Source: the human T2T-CHM13v2.0 reference genome, Homo sapiens
Reading direction: 5' to 3' (one strand)
DNA length: 64,000 nucleotides
Assembly (NCBI RefSeq): GCF_009914755.1
Contig: NC_060931.1
Under the pieces are notes generated by a model, which did not search any database, was not told where the DNA came from, and saw nothing but the letters and a program-made list of their open reading frames with translations. Numbering within the stretch: the first letter of the stretch is position 1; every line of letters begins with the position of its first letter. The translations under genes and the position numbers were made by a program. Positions 55,701 to 64,000 of the stretch are shown here, in pieces.

Positions 55701-57445
55701 AAACTCTATAGGTCAAATCTTACAGTCTACATATCTACCCAATTACCAATTAAGCAAATAAAATGATATATTAAAATAACTAAAATAAAAAGTGAGCTAA
55801 AGAAAAACTGGCTGGATGTATATGACATCAACCAAAAGGACCCAACTTTAGTTAAAACTGTAAAGAAATAGGGGATTCTGAATAAAATTAAAAAGAAATA
55901 AGTTTGGGTCAACTCTATCCAACCATCTTGTTTCAGAGTAAAGTCCTCTATGTGTGTGGACTTCGTCTGCCAAACTGTTGAGTAACTCTTGACAGGCACT
56001 ATGTCTTGAATCTGTGTTACAGAAATAAAAACACTGTCATGAAACCAGATACCCTCTGTTTGCTAAGGACAAATGTCATTATGGAATTGATCTGGTTTCT
56101 TCAAGACATCTACTCTTGATTTAATCAAAGAAGGAATTGGATCTGTAAAATACAATTGGATAAGGAGATCCAAGGAAGAGCTCCAAATTCACAATGAGGT
56201 TCTTATAAATAGCTTTACAAATCTAAGTTAAAAAGAAACAAAATTTTTTAGCTATTTAAAAAAACCCATTGTGAATTTAGAGTTCTTCCTTTAGATTCAT
56301 AAGGCAACATAGCAGAATCCTTTCAGAAGTTGCTGTATAAAGTGCAAGATGGGCTAGGATTAACTACAACTGCCTCTGTAAATGTCATCTAAAAATAAAG
56401 TCTAGCTCATAAAGAGTATTGAGTCAATTAGATAATAATAATGGCAGCAGACATTTTCTCAACACCTACTACCTGCCAGGGACGGTTCTCATTGCTTTTT
56501 AAAGGTATTATAAAATGTAATCCTCACAATGATCCTATGAGATAGATCCTATTTTATAGATGAGAAAACTAAATCACAGAGAAGTTAAGGAAATTGCCAG
56601 GGTTATACAACTCGTAGGTGAAAGAACCAGGATTTGAACACAGGGAAGCTACTTGTAGAGAGAGTTATCCTAACCTCTAAATTCTGGAGACAGGATGGAA
56701 AGTAGTAAGCTCATTATCCTGTGGACCAGCATAAAATAGAAAATCCCCTTAGATGACATGCTCTGCAGACCTCACAAGCCTCTTCAGAATTTATCACTCT
56801 GAACCTCCACGACAACCCTGTGAACTGGGAATTTTTATCCCCATTTTACACACAGGAAATGAGAGTACCAAGTTGAAATGACTTTCCCGAGAGCTAACCC
56901 TACCTAGTTCTGGGCTCTTCCCACTATACCAGAATGCTTGTCTACTTTGAAAACTACTCAAGTCACAAAATATATGAGTCCATCCAAGAGCTATCTGGGT
57001 CTCACGGTAAATTTGTGTTCCAGTTGAGTTTTATGGTCAAGTTTTTGGAACAACTGTTCAAAAACAAAAGCCCAAAGGGAGTCTTCAGGATGCCAACATG
57101 AGAACTACCCCCTCTGGGCTATGACCTATGATGGTGAATCCAGGGCTGATATAGAAGCAGGTGCCAAAGCTCTTGGAACTGGGCCAGTGCAGGGTCAGGA
57201 GGGAATGTGACAGCTGAAAGCAGACGAACAAGATGCAGAAACAGAAGCCCTTGCACCTGAGAAATTCTGATTCCACTTTTGGCTGTGTTCTGAACCCACT
57301 TCCTAGAGACAGAGGTCGGTAATAAGGTATAGGGCAATGAACTAAGAGGACAAGGCCAGACCCTGGGAGGCAGAGGTAGAGGAGTGAATCCCCACCTCTG
57401 CCTACCTCCCCAAACCTCTCTACCTGCCACCTCGATGGGCACTCC

Positions 57446-57700
57446 TTACATCTGTGTGAGGAGGTACAATTTCATAATATTTTCCTTCCATTCAGGCAGA
57501 TAGGCCAGGCTGGTAGCCACTTCCTTCTGGATGGGCCAGGCCCAGGCCTCAAAGAACGGAGCCAGGTTCTTCTGCACTTGGTGGGAGAACATCTTGACCC
57601 ACAGATTCATTTTGTCAACATTTTCTGTGGGCAAGTTGGTCTGGTTCCTGTACTCGGTGAAGAGACGGATGAATGGCTCCCAACCAAAGGCTTCCTGGAG
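57446..57700 (-). CDS. TCAF1: TCAF1 exon homologous to TCAF2 exon 8 (read-through stop at 57446-48, or donor after 57450)
   Basis: AG at 57702-01; [14 protein letters not shown]...LYLLTQM*. Confidence 0.95.
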   Translation of the reverse strand, partial: LQEAFGWEPFIRLFTEYRNQTNLPTENVDKMNLWVKMFSHQVQKNLAPFFEAWAWPIQKEVATSLAYLPEWKENIMKLYLLTQM

Positions 57701-59173
57701 CTGGGAAAAGAAAGAAAAATACAGATCAGATTTGGAAATAAAAAAGGGTCCAACAACAACCACTATAATAAGTGAACTTAGTATATGTAACCCCTTACCC
57801 ATCAGCTTCACGTCTATCACCGACCTGCTCTCCTCCATTTTGCCTCCTGGCCTCATGCCCTGCTCTTCCACATTCTAATCTTAGGAAGGGCCTTGGGACC
57901 AGCACGGTGTTCAACACCAAGTGGATACTAAATCAGTGAGGGCCATGGTAACAACTGCAATGATTAATATCAATATTTTCTACCAGTATCATTACCCACG
58001 TATCCCACTAGATCACGCAAATAGAGATAGGATATTACACAAGGATTTAAAATTGGCAGAATTGGAAAAATCCTCTTCTCAAGAGTTGAAAAGTGAAACC
58101 TCAACAATAGGGAAACTTCCACCTCATCCTGGCACAAAGAAATCCTCATTAATCATAGATCTTTGTCAATGTGCAAGGGTATTAAAATGGCTTTTGGGGA
58201 AAAAAAGTGAGTTGGATAGAAGTAGAAGACTGCAGATTGTCTGGGTAACTAGAATTAAGAATAAGTTGTAATTTTTGAAAAAGGCAGCCATCTTGAGGCT
58301 GTTGAGTTACAGAGCTTGAATTATGAGGCACTTGAGCAGTTCCCCAGACCAACTTCACATTTATTTCACCAATGAGAAACTTGGTGTTCCTGGGGCAAAG
58401 CAGCCATAACAAGGTTAAAGTGGAGCCTCCTTGGTTTTCCCATAATTCTCACGGCAGTGGGAATGAATAAGAGAGCCTCCAGCAGGTGGAAGAACCAGAA
58501 TAGAGCATGCTTGGCCTGAGACTGAGTTCTGAAATTCAAGGTGATGAAACTCTCCAGTCTCATGCCAGGAACTGATCCAGGCATTGCAGGGAGGGAACTA
58601 GGCATTAAACAACTGGTCAAAGGCAAGGCCACCTCCTTGTCCAGGTCAGTGAGGACTCTTGGATTGCCTACATAATGGGGGCTCTGAGGCACGGCCAAGG
58701 CATAGTGAGAAGATGGTACATTCATCTAAGGAAAAAAAAAATAAGTCATATCCTATGGATTATGTGTATGGTTGGGGGGAACTGGTTTTAGATAGCTATT
58801 AAGTAGGAGAGTTTGGCTTCAGTCTCAGGTATGTCTGGCTTTAAAGCCAGAGAGAGTGAATATATGTATAGTACTTTATTTGTCTCTACCATTTTTAACC
58901 TTTCTCAGTGCTTTCTATTTACTATCATATATCTCTATGGGGTGGAAGGTGAGGCTCAGGCAATGAAATCCACTTGAGGGTCATGCAAGGCGATGCACTA
59001 AGAGACATCATCAATACGACTGTCACAGTTGGACTTTGTCAGGGCCTCCCATATCCCAGTGTGGGAGACAGGGGCCATGGGTGGTCTTCTGGGCCACTAG
59101 AACATTATCCGATAGTTGCCCTGATGGTCCCCGCAGTAGGGGTCCCCCATCACCCGCCATTCTTGCCCAGTAC

Positions 59174-59511
59174 CTGTAAATACGTTTCCAGTGCGGTCCA
59201 TGCATTCCAGTTTTTCACATTGGGACCCTTGCTCAGGTAGATTCTGACTCTCTTCTCCCGAACTGGGGGCCACAGAGCAATATTGGCACGGCTTCGAGGA
59301 ATGCCCAAGACCGTCTCATGCACATACACACACCACAGGTTGCAGGTGGCCTCGGTGGTGTGTGGTGGGAACTCCCACTCCTGCCGCTGCTGGTTGCGGC
59401 CCAGCTCATGGACGGGGCCCCACAGCCCCTTGGTTCTGATGAGCTTCTCGTTGATGAGCTCCTGCACTGACTCCAGATGGCACATGATGGGGTACCCTGC
59501 ATGCATCCAGC
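59174..59511 (-). CDS. TCAF1: TCAF1 exon, 338 bp (M60-like core, HELGR)
   Basis: AG/GT boundaries; (G)WMHAGYPIM...[28 protein letters not shown]...ETYLQ. Confidence 0.95.
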
Positions 59512-60204
59512 CTGGAAAATGCAGAAGGAGGGAAGAGAGAGTTAGGGTCCTCCCCATTTAAGTCGTAATATTCTTCTATGTTTTGTGTGTGTTCCAAAAC
59601 ACTCAGTAACCCCAGCCAAATTCCAGCACACCATAATACTCAGAAAAGCAACCCAAACCAAGACCCTGCTAGGTGTTCCTTCTCCTCTTTTCATTCTGGA
59701 AGAATTCCTTCATCTCTACTCTGACCCAGAATAGTGTGGCTATGGAAGGAGATGCAGCTTATATATAAGGAGCTGTTCATGTTACCATTCAATTTTTCTA
59801 TTTTGATGAGGATGCCTTATCCATGTGAATCTGTGTCACTATAACCTTTTCTCAAAATTCAGAGCTCTTTAAGGGTAGCTCCTCTCTCATTGTTCAGATA
59901 TGGAGTTGCCATATCAACACAAGTTTACAGTGAACATCCGTATAAGAAAGAAAATGAGGGTCCAGAGAAATTCCCATGGTTCTTTAATGTCTGTATATTT
60001 CCCTCACTTTTCATGTTCCTTGACCATAGGCAAAGATCGCTTTATTCAGTGTGTTCTTAAAGTTGTAAAATTCCCTTTTCCAACCCAACAACTCTGACCT
60101 AGGTCACGGCCCTCTGCCATTTTTACCGGCTTGAAGTCCCTGATGAATACCTGTGAAAGCTCAGGTGGCATTTCTTGATGTCCTTGACATGCTGACCTAA
60201 ACTG

Positions 60205-60432
60205 TTTTATATACATATATATATATACACACATATACATATATACATATATATAATATATATTATATAATATATATTATATAATATATATTATATAATA
60301 TATATTATATAATATATATTATATAATATATATTATGTAATATATATTATATAATATATATTATATATTATATAATATATATAATATATATTATATATAT
60401 AATATATAATATATATTATATATTATATATAT
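60205..60432. repeat. AT-rich (TA)n / TATATAA low-complexity repeat
   Basis: About 225 bp almost exclusively A/T with repeated tatataatatatat units. Confidence 0.95.
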
Positions 60433-60578
60433 TTCCTTCCCATTTAAATAACAAGGATACATCTATATGTCTTGCTAGCAAAATATGTTTCCCCTACTGG
60501 CTGCCCACTGCATGGCTGATGAAAGACAGGAAGGCGCTCAGAGGCAGCATGCACAGAGGGTTTGCTTGGAGCACCCAC

Positions 60579-60818
60579 CCACTGAGATCTGCACGTCGGC
60601 AACAATCCTCTGAGGCAGGCGCAAAGGGAAGGGCTCAGCTCCCAGTCGCGCCACAGCCTGCATCACCTCATCCCAGAGGCGGAGCAGCGGCTCAGGGTTC
60701 TCCAGAGTACGAAGATTTGCGGTCGGCACGGTCAGAATGATGTTGTCCGTGGCCAGCTCTCCCCAGGGCCCTGGATTCTCCTGGATACGCCTCTTCCACT
60801 CCTCCAGGGTGGTCTCCC
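60579..60818 (-). CDS. TCAF1: TCAF1 exon, 240 bp
   Basis: (G)[24 protein letters not shown]...ADVQISV(G); AG/GT boundaries. Confidence 0.95.
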
Positions 60819-60932
60819 CTAGGAAGAGAGACCATGGAGCTTGAAATCCTTTCCCAAATCCCTTAAATTACAACATACAACTTAGACTCCAGGAAGAGAA
60901 CAACAAAATCATGAACTGCCATATCCCTCCTC

Positions 60933-61235
60933 TTTTTTAAAAAATGTAAAGTTCCGGGATACATGTGCAGGACGTGCAGGTTTGTTCCATAGGTAAACAT
61001 GTGTGATGGTGGTTTGCTGCACCCATCAACCCATCACCTAGGTATTAAGCCCAGCATGCATTAGCTATTTATCCTGATGGTCTCCCTCCATCCACCCCCG
61101 CTACCCACCCCACTGACAGGCCCCAATGTGTGTTGTTCCCCTCCCTGTGCCCATGTGTTCTTATTGTTCAGCTCCCACTTACAAGTGAGAACACGTGGTG
61201 TTTGGTTTTCTGTTCCTGTGTTAGTTTGCTGAGGC
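60933..61235 (-). mobile_element. 5'-truncated L1PA 3' end
   Basis: gggatacatgtgcaggacgtgcaggtttg...gagaacacgtggtgtttggttttctgttcctgtgttagtttgctgagg; TSD-like atatccct. Confidence 0.9.
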
Positions 61236-61465
61236 TATATCCCTTTTCTCTATCCTTCTATGAAGTCTCCAAGGATGTGGTTTGGTCTTTATCTGTACAA
61301 CCCCAAAGCTGAATCTAAGGAAGCTGACCCTTATTCCTCTGTTAGCCCGTGTCTCTCTCCTTCTGCACCAAACAGACTCTAGTCACCTCCTGGACTCCCA
61401 TGCTCTCTGGAATCCTCATCTCAGTTCTTCCCCTTCCCTCAGGGGCACCCAGAGCTCCCACTCAC

Positions 61466-61679
61466 CCAGCTTGTAGTATGGAGCATGCACAGCCCCCTTC
61501 ACGGTGACAGGCACAGAACCCAGTTTGCTGTTCTGAGGCACAATTATATAGAGGAGTCCACCCCAGAGGCACGTGATCGATTTTGTGGGTTTGTCCAAGC
61601 AGCACCGGTTAATTACGAGTGGGCCTCGGAAAAGCTTGCTGGCCCTGGTCAGGTCATCTGTGTGGCAGCCAATCTGTAT
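61466..61679 (-). CDS. TCAF1: TCAF1 exon, 214 bp
   Basis: [10 protein letters not shown]...HAPYYKL(G); AG/GT boundaries. Confidence 0.95.
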
Positions 61680-62786
61680 CTGGAGCAGAAAGATCCCCCC
61701 CTCAAGGAGTCACCATGGGGCACGAGTGGGTGGAAGAAGAGAGCCCAGCAAGGGACTCAGGATGGGTCATTCAGCCATGAACCCAAGCGAGCCCAGCCTT
61801 CCCACCACAGATGAACCATGTGTGATACCCCAAGAAACTGTAGCATTCCTTGGGGCATATGGACTGAAGTATATATAAATATTTTCCCAAAGCATTCAAA
61901 CAGCTCCATAATGGGTCATGTTAGATAGACATTAATGTGAGAAGTGCCAGGTGTAACCTGTAAGGCCAATTCTGAGGAGGGCTGACTCCCACACCCGGTC
62001 TCCTGGTGTTGCTAACAAATAGAACACTTGATCGCCTATCTCATGGTGGTGATTCTGGCATTTGGAATGGGGCAGAGGGAACCCTGCCTTTTGCTGATCA
62101 GAGAGAGGGCCCAGTGGGAGGTGGTGTGATCTGGCTAAGATAGTGGAGGGTTTCTCCAAGCCCTCTTCCTGGGCAGGTACTTGGTAGAGTCCTAGGATTC
62201 TTTTCCCTGGGTTTATGCTAATCAAGTTCCAGGATAGGTACAGGCACAGAATAGATGCTAACCATCACAGTGACCCCCAAGGGGGATAGGGAAGGACAGC
62301 AAACTAACTTTGCAAATGGGTTCTATGTGAAAGTGACAGAGGGAAGGTGAACTGGGCAATTGAGGAATGGTCTTGGATGTCATGGGGAAGAAGCTGAAGT
62401 CAGAAAGACCTTGTGCTACCATGGGAATGGATACGGAGATGAACAGTGAACTCAGATTTACTGAATGCCTACTCTGTGCTAGGTTACCTTCCATTTGATA
62501 CCTCTTATTCCCTACTCTAGGATGTAGGTCAAAAGCACAAAACTTAAGAGCCAGAAATTAGTTAGGTTTGAGTCCTGGGCACTTATTTGTATTAGCTCTA
62601 TACATTTCAATCGATCAATCAATCAATCAGCTTTTCTGCACCTTAGTTACTTCATCCTTAAAACAAGGGTAAAATCACCTGCTCTGTATTACCAACAGGG
62701 CTTTGTGAGAATCAAATAAGATACTGACTGTGCTAGGAAGAGCCTTTGGCTTCCATGTTACATGGTGAGGTGGGGCATGGCCTTAC

Positions 62787-62884
62787 CTTCAGGTCGGCAG
62801 AGGCAGCAGCTTCAGGCAGTGAGACTTCTATAATTTGCCTTCCAGGTATGTAGAGCCCAGTACTCATCCAGCAATATCTGGTGC
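62787..62884 (-). CDS. TCAF1: TCAF1 exon, 98 bp
   Basis: (G)[14 protein letters not shown]...SADLK; AG/GT boundaries. Confidence 0.95.
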
Positions 62885-63172
62885 CTGCCAAAAGCAGGAG
62901 GGGTAGGCAGACTTTATCCCTCCTCCATGATGCCACCTCCACCCAGCATCACCAGAGACCCTTCGTAAGCACGTATCTTCCCCTACATGCTGCCTTGACT
63001 CAACTCTTCCAAACAGTACTTAAAATCCCAACCCTTATCTTCTTCAAAGTTCATGGTAAAAAATGGAGACCACCTTCTGGACATGATCGGGTCCCTGAAA
63101 TGGACTGCTGATGTCAGCCTGTCCCCATTCCCCCATTCCCATAATACTGAGCTTCCAACCCTTGTTCCTTAC

Positions 63173-64000
63173 CTGGATTGGTGCAGTTGACCTCGACGGT
63201 GATAGGAGATTCTGAGGGGCGCAGATAGGGGCTGCTGTACATATCTTCAATTTCTGGGACTAACAGAGAGAGGTCGCTTCCAGAGTGGGCCAGCCCTGTG
63301 GCCAGGGAAAGCATAGCACCTCTGCAGCAGTCATTGATAACAGGGTTCTCTCGGGTTGCTACTGGAAGCCGATATCGACTTAGCAGCTTCCTCAGGAGTC
63401 GATGCACAGACATGTAGGCAGGGATCTCTTCTGCGGGAATCTGCAGGAAAGCTGCACCATCTGGTCCCAGCTTTGCCAACCAGCCCTTTTCCACATTTCC
63501 TCTCTTCCTGCCCATTATAACCTGGAACTCGGCCAAGGTGGAGCGGAAGTGATAGGTCCTTATCCCTGCTTTAGGAGTACGAAAGGGCCCTGGATTGAGG
63601 CTTTGGCTTGTAATGCTGATGCCAAAGGGGTTGAGGAGGAGGTTTCCTGGGAATCGAGCCAAAGGGGACACTCCGGGGTTCTTGAAGGCCCACCACCAGG
63701 CTTGGGCTCCAACAAATAGCCCGCCACCCTCTGCTACAAACTCCTGCAGTTCCTTGACCCCCACTTCACTCACGGGTTCAAAGCAGTAGACACTTGCATC
63801 ACTGGTCAGATTGGGCTCGATGCTGGTGTCTATGCCCCCCACTGCGAGGAGGCCACTCAGGGTTCTCAGCTCTGTCTGCACCACAATCTTGCCTCTGCGG
63901 CCCCCATCCAGCCAGCGGACAGCATTGAGCAGAAAGGGGCCCAGTTTACCAACAGTGAATAATACCTTATGGCCAGTCACAACCACCCGGCCCCGGCCAT
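63173..64000 (-). CDS. TCAF1: TCAF1 large exon (homolog of TCAF2 exon 3), cut by the window edge
   Basis: [14 protein letters not shown]...[10 protein letters not shown](G); donor CAG|GTAAGG at 63172. Confidence 0.95.

Overview
Human (primate, Alu-rich) genomic DNA from the TCAF1/TCAF2 (FAM115A/FAM115C) segmental-duplication locus, which I recall as 7q35. The right end carries the 3' half of TCAF1 on the minus strand. Its coding exons run from beyond the window edge down to 57446, with an alternative terminal exon at 54483-54492 and a 3'UTR to about 51.72 kb. To its left lie a decayed ~6.1 kb L1 and a CpG-island promoter driving TCAF2 exons 1-2 on the minus strand (~37.08 kb to 33594). The matching TCAF2 exons 3-8 are present and intact but on the PLUS strand (10339-18323). 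They sit between two ~99.5% identical 927-bp inverted repeats (8166-9092 and 18768-19694), with a templated Alu fragment at the outer junction. Flipping the block would restore an in-frame 2760-nt (919-aa) TCAF2 CDS. In the present orientation the orphaned exons 3-8 have two candidate upstream exons (1065-1213, 6922-7068). Both have strong splice sites, are stop-free and are in frame, suggesting a chimeric TCAF2-derived gene. This copy's HEXXH motif reads HELGN. The rest is intronic or intergenic DNA with Alu, L1, LTR and DNA-transposon remnants and several small local duplications. Repeat subfamily names are from memory of consensus sequences, not from a search.
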